The notes beneath the pieces were generated by a model. The model searched no databases. It was given only the letters and a program-made list of their open reading frames with translations, and was not told the DNA's origin. From Eledone cirrhosa (taxonomy: Eukaryota), in contig OZ024742.1 of the NCBI GenBank assembly GCA_964016885.1, positions 338,706,001-338,770,000 on the forward strand: 64,000 nucleotides of DNA, written 5' to 3'. Each line of letters begins with the position of its first letter. Position 1 is the first letter of the stretch. The position numbers and the translations under genes are program-made. This document shows, in pieces, positions 40,373 through 54,124 of the stretch.

Positions 40373-43300
40373 CCAACAAAACGCTGGGAAGAGAGCACTT
40401 CCCTCTCTACCCTGATTTTCCTTTTCAGATGAAATTTGAAAAAGTTAATCAGGGCATCACCGAAGAGGTAAGTGCTCGTCTTCAGCCCTTTCAAACGTGT
40501 CCACCATACTATCTCTTTCGCCATGGCCACCAGACAGATAAAAACTGCCTGCCCTTCCCGGCTAAAAGAGGAGGGCGGGGCAATCCTCACGATGGACTCA
40601 GAGGATAGCCGGATTCGTCCTAAACGCGACAGCAGGTGTTCGACATAAACCCACAAGTCAGCAATTTTCGGACACTGGACGAGAGCGTGCAGGACGGTTT
40701 CGTCGCCCTGCGCGCATCTCGGACATGCCCGGCTGACGGCACCTCCATGCCTGTAGAGTTTATCCCGAACTGGCAAGGCTCCTCGGTAGCACTGCCAGGC
40801 CAGAGATTTCTGGAAGTTGTCCATAGGCCCTGGCCTGAAAGTTCTTCCGAAGAGATTGGCTAGTTGATTTTCGTCGACGCCTAGAGTTTCTCCAAGTACG
40901 TCGTCGCTCTTCCCCTCCACTAATCCTCTATAGAACGCCGAGGTGGAGTTTCCACCGATCACATTGCCCGATTGGTCGAGGGATGTGAGCGCCTGAAGAC
41001 ATTCCAGTCTCCAGGCGTTCCCTCTCGGTCTTCGCTTGACCCAGGACTGCAGCTCCGTCAAGGAAACGAGCTGGGGAAATACGTGTCTAGCAAATGGCGA
41101 CCACACCTGATCACCGTCGAGGAAGAGGTGGAGATGTCGTAGCCTGAGCGCGTGCCTGCGCATCATCAGCCACGGCATGCCCAGCCCTCCACGTAGCGGG
41201 TATTGACAACAGATGGACCGTCTGACCATCGGAGCGCGTCCCTTCCACAAGAAGCGAAAGAGAAAACGCTCCAGCGCAGTCAGGCGGGGCTTAGGACAAG
41301 GTACGACGGTCAGGCGGAAGTAGATGACGGATGCGATGTACGCATTCGCCACCTCCGCTCGACCTTTCAGGGATAGCTTCCTCTCGGCCCATTTCTGGGT
41401 GAGAGAAGCCACCCTGCTCGTCACCTCGTCCCAGTTTTTGTCCGTCTGGAGGTCTGGACCGAACCAGACCCCTAGCAATTTAACCGGTCCGTCCGTCCAG
41501 CGACCGACGACGCTGTTGGACGGCATGGACCTGCCTCTCCAGGTGCCGAGCTGCAGGCCCACTGACTTTTCCTGGTTGATCATTGCTCCTGTCACCGCTT
41601 CGTATTCTCTTAGTGTAATGCCGATCGCCTCGATGTGTTTGGCGTTCGACACCACTACGGTGACATCGTCGGCATATGCTGACACGGATCTTCCGCATCC
41701 TAGTTCGCGCGGGACGCCCCTCAACGTCTCCAGTTTGTGCAGTAATGGCTCGAGAGTCAATACGTACAAGAGGGACGAGAGGGGACATCCTTGGCGGACC
41801 GAGCGCATGATGTTGAACGGTTCCGATAGGTGACCGTTCACTCTCACCACAGAGCAGATGTCGCTGTGCATGGCAGCGATCCAGCCTCTGAAGACGGGCC
41901 CAAAGCCAGCCGCCCTCAGGACTGCCGCTAGGTAACGATGGTTGACCCCATCGAAAGCTTTCGACTGATCTAAATTGATCAAGGACCCACCCGTGCCAGG
42001 CTCCCTAGATACCCTCTCTACGATGTATCGCATGAGGTGGAGGTTGTCGTAGATGGATCTGTCGGGAATGGCGCATGTCTGCGCCTCTCCCACCAGACCA
42101 CCAACGACAAGCGCCAACCACTTTGCTAGCACCTTGGCCAAAAGTTATCTCCCTTGGTCGGATCCTTTCTCAGCAGTGCCACCGCTCCTCGGCTCACAGA
42201 ACTGGGAATTCTCCCGTTCTGTTGCCAGTTGCAGTAGACGTTCGCCAAGAGGCCTCCGAACAAGTCTGGCATCTGTACGTAAAGTTCATAGGGCAGACCA
42301 TCCAAACCAGGCGATTTACCCCTTGTGCAGCCAGTCATTGCCTCCCTTACTTCAGCGGCTGTTATCGGCTTTTCGTAACACTTCGCCTCAGTGGCCGAGA
42401 GCCGCGGCAGTCCGTCGAGGTAGACACTAAAGTCCATCCCTCGACCCGGCCCACCGCTGCCCCCGAACAGCTGAGCGAAGTGTCGCTGAAAAGCTTCACA
42501 CATTTGCCCGGGATCGAATAGCATGCGCCCGTCGTGGTCCACCAAAGACCGGATCGTGGCTTTGTTGCAACGACGCGCCTCCGCCACTCGGGCCCATTGA
42601 ACGGCTTTCGTCCCCTCGTGTCTGAGAGCACGCACCCTAGCTCTGACAACGCAGCCTTCGTGCTTTGAATTGAAGAATTGGTCAAGGGCCAATTTCGCCG
42701 CAAGCACGTCGGTCGCAATGCCTTTGCTAAGCGCCTCGTCTAATTTTCTAACTAGTTCTCCCTCTGCTCTATTTTTCTCTATTGCTAAAGCCTTACTAAA
42801 CCTAATGGATTATACTCTAATCGCCCTTTTCAGAGCAAACCACCACTTGTTGTTGACGATGGGCCCCGTCAAAGCCCGCTTAACTAGTTCGCTAATCCGG
42901 TCTCTGTAGGCCTTGCGCGCTGGTAAGGACGAGTTTAGCTTCCAGTAGCCGGGTCCTCGTCTATGAGGCCTATCTAAGTCAAGCACACAGATCACGAATT
43001 TGTGGTCCGTGTAGCTGACTATCTTGAATTGTGTGCAGCCTATGCTAGACCTATCTATTTCCCTACAAAATACTCTATCTAGATATGATCTGGATGACCC
43101 TTTGCGATTTGTCCAAGTCCACATTGGCACATTCGGGAAATCTAATCGGTACCTGTCAGACAGTTCAAAACGCCTGAGCAGGTTGGTGAGGCTCTTGCAC
43201 CCTCCACCCTTATCCGCTAATCCCACACTGTCCCAGCGTGCATCTAAGATCCCGTTCCAGTCGCCCACTAACACTAAAGAGCGGGACGTTCCAAGGAAGG

Positions 43301-46034
43301 TCTCCAGACGCCGGAAGAAATCAGGCCGCCCTGCTCCTGTCGGGGCATAGACGGCCACTAGCCTGAAAGCTTGGCCGTCTCCGCTGGTCACGTCCCGCAC
43401 CACCAACTTACCCTCTGTGTCTAGGAAGATGGCCCGTATGGCAAGATCCAAACCTCTCCGAAAAAGCACAGCAACTCCTCCCCCCTGAGCCAGGACGGCT
43501 GGGAGATGCGTACACATCGTAGCCGCCGAAGATCGGTGCGAAGGCCCGTGCTTCGGAGATTCTGGTCTCGCTGATGGCCACTACATCTATGTTTAGTGAC
43601 CTGAGGTCGTTGAGCAGGTGACCCTGCTTCCATGACGACCGTGAGGTCATGTTTAAAATAGAGTGGAAAAGATGGGAAAGACCACTTACCGTACTTTTCG
43701 TAGAGGAAGGATGGTTTCTCCATCCCTTTTCACTTGATCGTATGGTGAAGGGACCGTTGAATCGTCCCTTCGGCTGGTCGTCGGCTCTTCTATGAGTATG
43801 TCCGAATATACTCTTCGGTTGATAGTTCCTCCTAGGTCTCTGAAATCACCAACTGCGTTGGGGAATTTCGTTTTAATGTTTGTGTATTGTTTCAGTACTA
43901 TTTTTAGCAGTTTTATGTTAGTTGGCGTTTTGATTGGTGCTGGTATTATGTAGTCGTGTTGTGAAATGTCTGTGTGTTCATTAGTTTCTTGTGTGTATTT
44001 ATTGCCGTGCATTTGTTTTTCTGGGGGTGGGGTGCGGTTCTGCTATTTTCTTGACGTTGTTGCTAGGTGTGTGTGTTTTGTTGTTGTGTTTGCGATGTTG
44101 GTGCTTGTGGTGGTGGTGTTGAAGGTGTTGTTGTTGTTGGCGGTGGGGCTGTCGCCGGTGGTGATGGTGGTGCTAGTGTGGGTGGTGATGGTGTTGGTAG
44201 TGTTGCTGCTGTGAGTCTCTTTGCAGTAGCCTTTACCCTTTTTTCATTTCTTTCCTCCCTTTTCGAAGGCGACGATGCGCTGCTTCTGCGTTTGTGCCTT
44301 CTTACGACCTTTTGCCATCCCTCTCCCACCTCACACTCCATGTCTGATTCTGTGAGGTCGTGGAGGGGTACCAGCTCCACTCTTTCACTTGTTGTTGTTG
44401 GTGATGTTTGCACTGGAGTCTCTGTTGCAGCTACATTTGGTATTGCTGTTGTTGTTGTTAATACTTCCACTGCTGCTGCTGTTTTTGATTTCCGTGGCGT
44501 GGGTATGGGTGCCACGGACCTATCGTTCCTGGTTGCCGCTTGTCCTGTTGCTGGTAGCCGTGGAGCCGGTTTCGGAAGGAGGGGGGTTTTCTCCTTTCTC
44601 AGGGTCTTCTCGTTGCAGAAGGCCCTGAGGTGAGTTTTCGATCCACAGCGAAAGCATTTCGGGCGTTTGCCCTCAACACTTATGGGTAGTTGAGTGCCGT
44701 TATCGAAGTCTATCACATCCGGGATAGCTTCGATGCACTCCTGGTTGGTTTGGATTAACATCTCTATGGAGGTGCCGACCCAATCTTCTCTTACTTTTTT
44801 CTGTACTTGCAGTACAGTTGTTTTGTCCTCGATTCCGACGAGGACAGACGCGGCCAGCCAAGAAGGGGCCATCCCGGGGGGGGGGGGGGGGACGTGGGTC
44901 AGTTTAACCCTCACAATTTTTTGACCGTAGTAGGAGGGCACCAACACCATTTCCTCGCTCCTTAGGGTCACTAAGGATTGAGCCTTTGCCTCCTGGGGTG
45001 TGGCAAAAAGTACGTCTACGGTGGCATATTTCTTGCCTCGGGTGATGTGCGTTTTCCGCTGCCACACAGACCCCAAGGCTTTTTGTATTTGAGCCTCTGT
45101 GGCTCTTTCAACCCTACGGGATTTTGTACTTACTGTACGGTACGTGACCGTACGGTGCTGTTGGGTTTCGAAAAACTTTTCGGCTGCCTTGCAGATTGCT
45201 CGGTGTCCAGTTTTTGTCACCATCTTCTTCGCTTCCTCTAATTCCTCATTTGTTATGAGGATGGTTTCCAGGTTCTTCGCGATACCTACAAACGAGATTG
45301 GGTTTTCTTTGCTGCTGTTGTTGTTGTTGTTGTTGTCGTCAGAGCTGCTGTTACTTTTGTTGTTGCTGCAGGTACTACGACTACTGCCGCCGCCGCTGTT
45401 GCTGTGGTTGTTGTTGTTGTTGCTGCTGCTAATGCTGTTGTTGTTTATGCTGCTGCTGATGCTGTTGCGGCTGCTACTGTTGTTTTCATTGTCATTGTTG
45501 CTGTTGTTATTACGGCTGCTACTGCTATTATTCCTGACGTCAGACGAATGAAATGGGTTTTCGTATTTCCCGCACACCTTTTTCGTCGTTGTCGTCGTCG
45601 TCGTGGAGAAATCTTGCACGCTTTGCACGAGACTTTTCTTTTCTGTCGTCGCTTGCGAAAGAGAAGGGAGGGAGAGAGACACATTTAAAGAAGGGAGGGA
45701 GAGAGACACATTTAAAGAAGGGAGGGAGAGAGACAATCTTCTCTCTGCTGTAGTGACGATTGAGGAAGAAGAAGACGGAATGAGTGGGAGTGACCTATGA
45801 AAATTCTTTTTCGTAGCCATGTTGTTTTTTGTTTTAAATAAATATTGGGCACAAAACCCCAATAAACAGTTATTTAACCCCGAAGGGCCAAATAACGGGC
45901 AGAAAGACCCCTCTCACGAGGAGGAGGGTGTTTTTGTCTACGAGTTGGTTAAAGTTTTAAACAATTTACAATTGTTCTAGCGGTCAAAATTTACAATACC
46001 TTACAGAGCCGAGCCTCCGTCAACCCTAGCATTC
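40373..46034 (-). mobile_element. Near full-length Tx1-clade LINE (ORF1 plus disrupted ORF2: APE endonuclease, RT, zinc finger); 3' end missing
   Basis: APE motifs (ISETR, VYAP, VGDWN, SYLDR, TDHK), GPGYWKLN, KSPGLDGLP, LDQSKAFD, RQGCPLS, AYADD, GGLG, CPRC..ETVLHAL..C. Confidence 0.93.
44063..45862 (-). CDS. Tx1 ORF1 (gag-like RNA-binding protein with CCHC knuckle)
   Basis: CFRCGSKTHLRAFC zinc knuckle, GWQKVVRR motif, 27-bp tandem repeat near the N-terminus. Confidence 0.85.
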   Translation of the reverse strand: MGFCAQYLFKTKNNMATKKNFHRSLPLIPSSSSSIVTTAERRLSLSLPSLNVSLSLPSLNVSLSLPSLSQATTEKKSLVQSVQDFSTTTTTTTKKVCGKYENPFHSSDVRNNSSSSRNNNSNNDNENNSSSRNSISSSINNNSISSSNNNNNHSNSGGGSSRSTCSNNKSNSSSDDNNNNNNSSKENPISFVGIAKNLETILITNEELEEAKKMVTKTGHRAICKAAEKFFETQQHRTVTYRTVSTKSRRVERATEAQIQKALGSVWQRKTHITRGKKYATVDVLFATPQEAKAQSLVTLRSEEMVLVPSYYGQKIVRVKLTHVPPPPPGMAPSWLAASVLVGIEDKTTVLQVQKKVREDWVGTSIEMLIQTNQECIEAIPDVIDFDNGTQLPISVEGKRPKCFRCGSKTHLRAFCNEKTLRKEKTPLLPKPAPRLPATGQAATRNDRSVAPIPTPRKSKTAAAVEVLTTTTAIPNVAATETPVQTSPTTTSERVELVPLHDLTESDMECEVGEGWQKVVRRHKRRSSASSPSKREERNEKRVKATAKRLTAATLPTPSPPTLAPPSPPATAPPPTTTTPSTPPPQAPTSQTQQQNTHT

Positions 46035-46094
<60 letters not shown>

Positions 46095-46102
46095 TATTAT
46101 TG

Positions 46103-46164
<62 letters not shown>

Positions 46165-46220
46165 CTCCTGCAATGTCCATACTCGATAACGAGGGGGCAG
46201 CCATCATATATGTATGTATG

Positions 46221-48250
46221 TTCTTCTGGTTTTATAATTTGACAAATTTTTTCCCAATAGAGAGAGAGAGTCGGTTTCTAACATAGACACAAGACTCTCT
46301 CATTGGAATTTACACAACATCAACTAGGTAGATTTTGTATGCATGCCTGCATGTGTAGATATGGATGTTATTGTATGTGTGGATGTGTATATGCGTATGT
46401 TTTGAGTTGTATGTGTGCATGTGTATATGCTTTGTATCTGTACATGTGTATATGCAGTTATTAGATGCAACATGTTTGGAATGTTTTACATATTTTGAAC
46501 ACCATTATGGATTGTACTTGTAATTTCCTAACTAGTTGTGTTCTTTCTGTTCCTGTGAAGCCTAGCTTCTCATGATTTGTATTGAGGCAGTTACTAACAT
46601 ACCCCAGTGCCCCAATAATCACAGGCATAAATCTGAAGGTGTAATCAGGGTGGAGTGTCTGCAGGTTTCTTATCAGTTCTGCATAAATATTCTCCTTTTC
46701 GCTAATCTTTGATATTATATTGGCATCTTCTGGGCAGTTAACTTCCACTACAGTCCATGCTTTCTTCTCCCTGTCCCATATCATAATATCTGGTCTGTTA
46801 TGCCTGCATTTTATTGGGGTTTTTACTGGAACATTCCATATTATGTACATGGATGTCTTCCACATTGCTGTAGCTTTTAATGTGTTTATTGTCGGGGCCA
46901 TCTTTTTTACGAACTGCATTGTACAGTGTTTTGGCCACTACATCATGCCTCATAGGTAGATAGTACCGCGATGACATCTTTGGACAGCTGTTTATGACTT
47001 ATGTGATATCCTCGATGCTAGTTCTGCAGAGTTTGCACTTGTTATCACATCTAGGTGTTTTGCCTGCATCCCTATCTCTTTTGTGAATCAGGTATTTCGT
47101 GTTAATCTCCTGTTCTTGGATTGCAAAAGCGTATCCTTCAAAGTGGGAGCCAATATAGCGGTTGTTGGTCCAAGATAGACTACTTTCCTTATCTATATTT
47201 CTCTCACTCTGGAGCTTCCTGGCCACATATCCATGCATAATCTTTTGCTGATAAGCATGCAGTTTTTCATACATGGATTCACTGCGATACTGCTGAGCGA
47301 CTTCCCTGGGTGTGAGCTTTTGATTATCACACGGAATATCTCTCGAGGAGTTCCTTCTCAACTCTCATGATCTTATCTGTTTCATGCAGATAGACTTGCT
47401 CGAGAAACGGGCTCTTACGCTTTGAGGTTCGTAGATGTTGTCGGAGAGATATGATGCGACATTCAAATGTCTGGACTGATGTTAGGCCTCTGTCTCCCTG
47501 CTTACGTTTCAAGTAAAGTCGGTCTATGTCACTATTGATGTGGAAGTTTCCGGTGTTGTTTAGTATTTTTCGAGTTCCAACATCAACTGCTCGGATTTCG
47601 TCTATCGTCCAATGGAGTATTCCAACGTTGTTGTTAGGACAGGCACAGCAAACACATTGAGCCACTGTTTTGTTTTGCGCAGAGAGTTCCGATGAGCAGA
47701 TCTTTCTTAATCGGGTGTAGTATTCCCTGGTTACGCGTTCTTTATTATAGGATATGTTCTCATCTATCCCCAGGTATCTGTAGCAGTCCTCATCAGATAT
47801 CGGTGAAACAGTTAGACCATTGATGACAATGTTGCTAGATTGGTTTGTTGTTTTTCCATGTATGAGCATTTATCTTGGTCAAACTCCATTCCTATATCTT
47901 TTGAGAACGTTGTAACCAGGTCAAGATTTTTCTTCATTCCATCCATGTTCTTGGCATAGAGTTTCAGATCGTCCACAAAGAAATTATGGGTTAGGTTCGT
48001 ATTTCTGTCCTCCTGTGAGCCAATGATGTATCTCTCACATTTCTTGAGCAGAAAGGACAAGGGGTCTAATGACAAGATGAATAATATCACAGAGAGACTG
48101 TCCCCCTGCGATATTCTATTTTATCAGTGAAAATAGAGTAATCCCTCTCTGTCTTTAACCTTAGGATAGTATAGCCCAAGATGAAGACAGCTTCTCTATT
48201 GCTCTGATAATAATGTCTGGGACTTTAGCAAGTTGGAGGGCCTCTATCAT
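46221..48250 (-). mobile_element. R4/Dong LINE 3' half (RT C-terminus, CCHC, RLE, 3'UTR), degenerate
   Basis: FVDDLKLYAK, YRYLGI, IDRLYL, HG, AIQEQ, CKLC, HNRPDIMIWD. Same 3' end as 14944. Confidence 0.9.
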
Positions 48251-48449
48251 TTTGGCGGGTATAAAAAGCGAAATGTAACGCAAATTCCGAGTCATGCTGG
48301 CAAGCGCTCCATGGGCTAAAAAAGACCAGAGCAATAAACATAGGTTATAAAGGCCATACAAACTGAGTAGGCGGTCAAGAAGCCATTAACCACCTAAACC
48401 CCCAAAACAAGTCAAGCAAAACAGGTTAGACAAAATAAATGACATAATC

Positions 48450-48502
<53 letters not shown>

Positions 48503-48506
<4 letters not shown>

Positions 48507-48674
48507 AACCAGTAAGACCCCGACAGCTGAGCTCAAGCCGTTTCGACGGCTAATTCTAACGGCTTGAGCTCAGCTGTCGGGGTCTTACTGGTTCCTATTA
48601 CCCACTCTACTACCTCAAGTATTGAGTACTTTGGTGCGTTATGGTCCACCTGGTTCCTTACCACATTTCCTTCG

Positions 48675-48677
<3 letters not shown>
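48503..48677 (+). mobile_element. Family G foldback mini-element
   Basis: Inverted arm starting at (TA)n|GGAACC, forward arm, tail and (TA)n. Confidence 0.8.
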
Positions 48678-48719
<42 letters not shown>

Positions 48720-48732
48720 TATAACAAACCTG

Positions 48733-48784
<52 letters not shown>

Positions 48785-48937
48785 GTAATCTGAGTTTTTC
48801 GAATATTAATAATAATATTCGATTCGTTTGCAATTATGCAAACAAGCCTCATTTTTAAAGCTATGTCAGTAGAATGAACCCTTCAATCTTGCTCTTGTGT
48901 TGTAATGCAGACACACACACGCACACACACACACACG

Positions 48938-49010
<73 letters not shown>

Positions 49011-49096
49011 GTGTGTGTGTGTGTGTGTATGTGTTTGTGTGTCTCTATGTGTTTGACTGTGTTTACGTTTGTGAATGTGTGTGTTTGTGTATTCAC

Positions 49097-49159
<63 letters not shown>

Positions 49160-49399
49160 CACGGACGAACATCTATATTTTATCTTATCGCATAATATAT
49201 AGATGGCATGAAGAGGTTTCCTTTCTACGTCACAGCAGTTATCTTTGCACGACAAACAATCTCTGGCATCCATTTTGTGTTGGAAAGAATGGAAACAGAT
49301 ATTTTGACATATCTACTATGGAAATAATAGAAATTAATATAATGTCATATCACTCGCATAGTTCATGTGAAACCTCTTAGTGATAGAGTGTCATTGTAA

Positions 49400-50510
49400 T
49401 AGGTGCCTGGGCGCTGGATTGCCAGTATTGGTAGAGCGTAATATAACATGCTTTGCAGCGATAAAATAAATTAACAGTAATGATCGTTCCTTCCCCCAAA
49501 ATGTTGGGGTTGTGCCTAAACCAGAAACCTGGCGGCAGTATCGGTAGAGGGTCTGACGCCATGCCTTGCAGCAAAGAGTTACGGCCCTTTATGGTCTGAG
49601 TTCAAATCCCGCCGAGGTTAACTTTGCCTTTCATTCTTACGGGGTCGATAAAATAAAGTACCAGTAATACACTGGGATAATTGCTGGCCTTGTGCCAAAA
49701 GTAGAAACAATTATTATAGGTGGCTTGGCTGTGTCAGTAGAGCGTCGGACAACTTACTTTGCAGCATAGAGTTATAGCGCTTTACGGTCTGAGTCCAAAT
49801 CCCACCGAAATTAGCTCTGCCTTTCATCCTTACGGGGTCGCTAAAATAAAACACCAGTAATACACTGGGATTAATTTAATCGTCTTTCCTCTCCCCATTT
49901 GCTGGCCTTGTGCCTATAGTAGAAATCATTATTATTGGTGCCAAGATGGCGGTGGATTGTCAGTATCGTTAGAATGTCGGAGAAAATGATTGCCGACGTT
50001 TATTCCGGCTCTTTATGTCCTGAGTTCAAATCCCGCCAAAGTCTACTTTGGCTTTCATACTTTCGGGGTCGATAAAATAAAGTACCAGTCACGTACTAAG
50101 GTCTATGTAATGACCTTTCTCCTCTCCACAAATTGTTGGTATTGTGCCTAAATCAGAAACCATTATTACAGGTGCCAGGGCTGTGACTTACCAGTATTGG
50201 TATAGCATAAGTTAACATGTTTGGCAGCGATAACGTAAAGTACCAGTAACAACCTTTCCTCTCTCCAAAATTGTTGGACTCTTGCCTAAATATAAAACTA
50301 CTATTATAATCGGTAGAGGGTCGAACGCCATGCTTTGACGCATAGAGTTAAGGCCTTTGCCATTATGAGTTCAAATCCCGCCGAGGTTAACTTTGCCTTT
50401 CATCCTTACGGGGTCGATAAAATAAAGTACCAGTGATGTACTGGGTAATTGCTGGCCTTGTTGCAAACGTAGAAACAATTATTATAGGTGTTAGGGCGGT
50501 GGATTGTTCA
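49400..50510 (+). mobile_element. Head-to-tail cluster of Meta/Deu-like SINE copies (four with core, plus partial copies)
   Basis: Repeated GAGTTCAAATCCCGCC..TTTCAT..GGGGTCGATAAAATAAAGTACCAGT at ~49600, 49790, 50020 and 50370. Confidence 0.8.
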
Positions 50511-50738
50511 ATCCGATACTATTTAATGACCAAGATACTCTCGTGGAATGACCTAATGAGGTTTATTTTTCAACACATTCCTTGGAAAGAAACCATGCAA
50601 TTATTAATAAGATTTGAAATGAATGCATGCAAGATTTCACAGCTCTAGCATCACTTCTTCATAGTCAGCTTATGAAGTGTTAAGCCCTCCCCCGTAGGCT
50701 ATACTTGCCTAAGATGCTACACAGTAGACTGAACCCCA

Positions 50739-50833
<95 letters not shown>

Positions 50834-50834
50834 T

Positions 50835-51192
50835 ATAAGAATAAAGGAACAAAGATTCAGTGTTGCATCATAACATATTTAATAACACATTACATATGTT
50901 TCACTATCAATCAGCTCGAGGAACGACCTATTATTGATTGACCGAATTCATAAGCATAACACCTACAACCTTTTACCTTATTTTCGTCTTAGCATCCAAG
51001 AAGTTAATTTTTCTGATGACGGTTAAAGAACCCGAAACGGCGCTGTGAGGGAGTGCTAAAATCTAGTGGTGAATGAATCACACCTTCTAAAATCCATACC
51101 AGGCTAGAAAAATTTATGTTATTTACATGAACATTTTATATATGATTCAATATACAACCCCAGTCACGTATCAATCACGCCATGTCAGAGAG

Positions 51193-51264
<72 letters not shown>

Positions 51265-51300
51265 CTCTCTGACATGGCGTGATTGTTTTGAATATACTCT
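50835..51300 (+). mobile_element. PLE pLTR-like fragment with hammerhead core and terminal inverted duplication around (TA)n
   Basis: CTGATGACGGTTAAAGAACCCGAAAC at ~51013. CAATCACGCCATGTCAGAGAGTC is mirrored on both sides of (TA)n 51195-51262. Confidence 0.55.
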
Positions 51301-51359
<59 letters not shown>

Positions 51360-51365
<6 letters not shown>

Positions 51366-51950
51366 GACGTAAAATAAGAAAATATTTTTTAAAAAAAATT
51401 TTAAAAAATTTTTTTACTTACTTAAATTTTCACTCCAACTAATTAGTTTCTGCAATGGGATAAAGACAGTTACGTAATCCGCGTCAGTCATCTTACCATC
51501 CCATTCCTTCTAACTAGCCTCTGTGTCACGTGATTGATTCTTTAGAATCGGCCATTTGACTTGAAGCAGTGAGAATTTCGGTACATAGAATCCAGTCCTC
51601 GCAAGCTGTTCGATCTACCGAATTATTATTATTTTTATATGAGCCGCCAGTGTCCGCGCATTGCCTGGAGACTTAACTGAGAATAGACTCCCTGATGACG
51701 CAATGAATTCTCGACAGTTGGATTACGTAACTGTCTTTATCCCATTGCAGAAACTAATTAGTTGGAGTGAAAATTTAAGTAAGTAAAAAAATTTTTAAAA
51801 ATTTTTTTAAAAAAATATTTTCTTATTTTACGTCCTTTATATTATTGTTCTGCATTCTCCTGCATTGAACCACCTAGGTACTATGACATAACCTGTGTAT
51901 TTGCTGGCATGGGCGTGCATCTGTGCGCTTATGTTAGTTGATATATTAAA
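51360..51950 (+). mobile_element. Foldback PLE-like mini-element (51360-51478 mirrors 51720-51840) with tail
   Basis: Inverted arms, CTGATGA at ~51692, (TA)n flanks. Confidence 0.7.
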
Positions 51951-51953
51951 TTA

Positions 51954-52056
<103 letters not shown>

Positions 52057-52060
52057 CAGA

Positions 52061-52105
<45 letters not shown>

Positions 52106-52400
52106 AGAGTATATTCAAAACAACGAACAGCGGAGGACACGTTTCGCACCTTTCCGACAGACCCCCCGGACCCCCCCCCCCCCCAGTTGATGGATGTGAA
52201 TCCAAAATATATAGGGACAATTAAATCTCTCCCAAGGTAACTCTCTCTCGTGTTATTATTTTTATTTTTTACGCTCTTTCCTACGTTCTTCTACACACTA
52301 GACATCTCATTCTACACCCACTTACATCTCTCTCCACCACCGGATCTTGTTACCCGGAGATTTACCCATCTGCATTGTTGAGGCTTCCAAAACGACCTAA

Positions 52401-52474
<74 letters not shown>

Positions 52475-52566
52475 GTAAATCTATAAATTTATAGATATAT
52501 AATAAATTGAAGTGAAAGCAACTGGTGCGTGTGTTTCTTATTGGCAACATGGCCCTCCCAAAGTGT

Positions 52567-52639
<73 letters not shown>

Positions 52640-52645
<6 letters not shown>

Positions 52646-53180
52646 GTTAGAAACTCAGAGTAGTCTCTTACAATTAAATAGCGCTAAGAAAAAAGCTTTT
52701 CCGAGCCGTGTAATATAATTGAATAAACAAGAGAAATGAACACTAATATAAACATACATGTGTTCGAATTGTAAGGACCAAGTTTGCTAGGGTGAAAAGA
52801 TACTAACTACAGCAATATGGTTTGTCAGAATTAATTTTAAATATTAAATTAAGAAAAATAACAGACCTATATTGGGCAAATCGCCTGGTAACAACTAGAC
52901 TTTTATTGGAGACTGTTTCGCAACATCTTATTAAGTGAAGTTCACACTCTTCTCTGCTCACCAGTAGTTGTTGAGAAATTAGTGATCCTTCCACTTCTAA
53001 AAATATTAGAGACTGATAAGTCTGCCCAATATATGTTTGTTATTTTTCTTAATTTAATATTTAAAATTAATTCTGACAAACCATATTGCTGTAGTTAGTA
53101 TTTTTTCACCCTAGCAAACTTGGTCCTTACGATTCGAACATATTTATGTTTATATTAATGTTCATCTCTCTTGTTTATTC

Positions 53181-53185
<5 letters not shown>
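52640..53185 (-). mobile_element. Foldback PLE-like mini-element (52718-52878 mirrors 53020-53185)
   Basis: Inverted arms, degenerate CTGGTGA..GAAAC on minus, (TA)n flanks. Confidence 0.65.
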
Positions 53186-53225
<40 letters not shown>

Positions 53226-53249
53226 TACTTCCACAACAGTTAGTTCACA

Positions 53250-53322
<73 letters not shown>

Positions 53323-53329
<7 letters not shown>

Positions 53330-53824
53330 TAATGAAATGACAGGAGGCTGGATTTGTGTAAATCCTAGAAAGGTTTATTATACTATGATCATTTCAATGA
53401 CCGGGTTCCGTATGAATCCGGTGATATCATCAGGTATTCGAAATATAATACGTGAATGTAATAGATAAAATCCATTTTTCTGAAAATCGAGAACAGAATA
53501 GCGGTCGCCCTCCTGTCCTCGATTTTCAGAAAAATGGATTTTATCTATTACATTCACGTATTATATTTCGAATACCTGATGATATCACCGGATTCATACG
53601 GAACCCGGTCATTGAAATGATCATAGTATAATAAACCTTTCTAGGATTTACACAAATCCAGCCTCCTGTCATTTCATTATAATATTTAACTCCGTAATAG
53701 CACCACCAACTACAAAATCAAAGACGGTTGAACTGCCTTACGTTGAGTACTCTCTATATTATTGGATTACGATTGACCATACGGAATAGACCAGCTCTAT
53801 ACAGTGGTGAACCTCAAACCTGAA

Positions 53825-53828
<4 letters not shown>
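53323..53828 (+). mobile_element. Foldback PLE-like mini-element (53323-53492 mirrors 53518-53685) plus ~140-bp tail; second copy 61017-61608
   Basis: Inverted arms containing a hammerhead, (TA)n flanks. Confidence 0.8.
53572..53629 (+). ncRNA. Type I hammerhead ribozyme
   Basis: ATAC-CTGATGA-stem II (ACCGG..CCGGT)-GAAA-TGATCA-TA-GTAT, with palindromic stem III. Confidence 0.7.
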
Positions 53829-53861
<33 letters not shown>

Positions 53862-53984
53862 TAAAATAACAGATTAAAGTTTAAGCAAAGAATCGCAGCT
53901 TTTAATAAATATTTGCTCTACGGTTCTTATATATTTATCCTTATCGAGCCCTCTTTGGATTTTAGTCTTCAAATTTATTATTAT

Positions 53985-54067
<83 letters not shown>

Positions 54068-54124
54068 TATATAATAAAGTATATGTTCCTACACGCACAA
54101 GGCGCTTCATTACATATATATATA

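Noticed and set aside
40234-40415. Overlapping antisense ORFs as a functional bidirectional gene
   Set aside because: Both ORFs simply read through the fusion junction of two truncated Tx1 elements.
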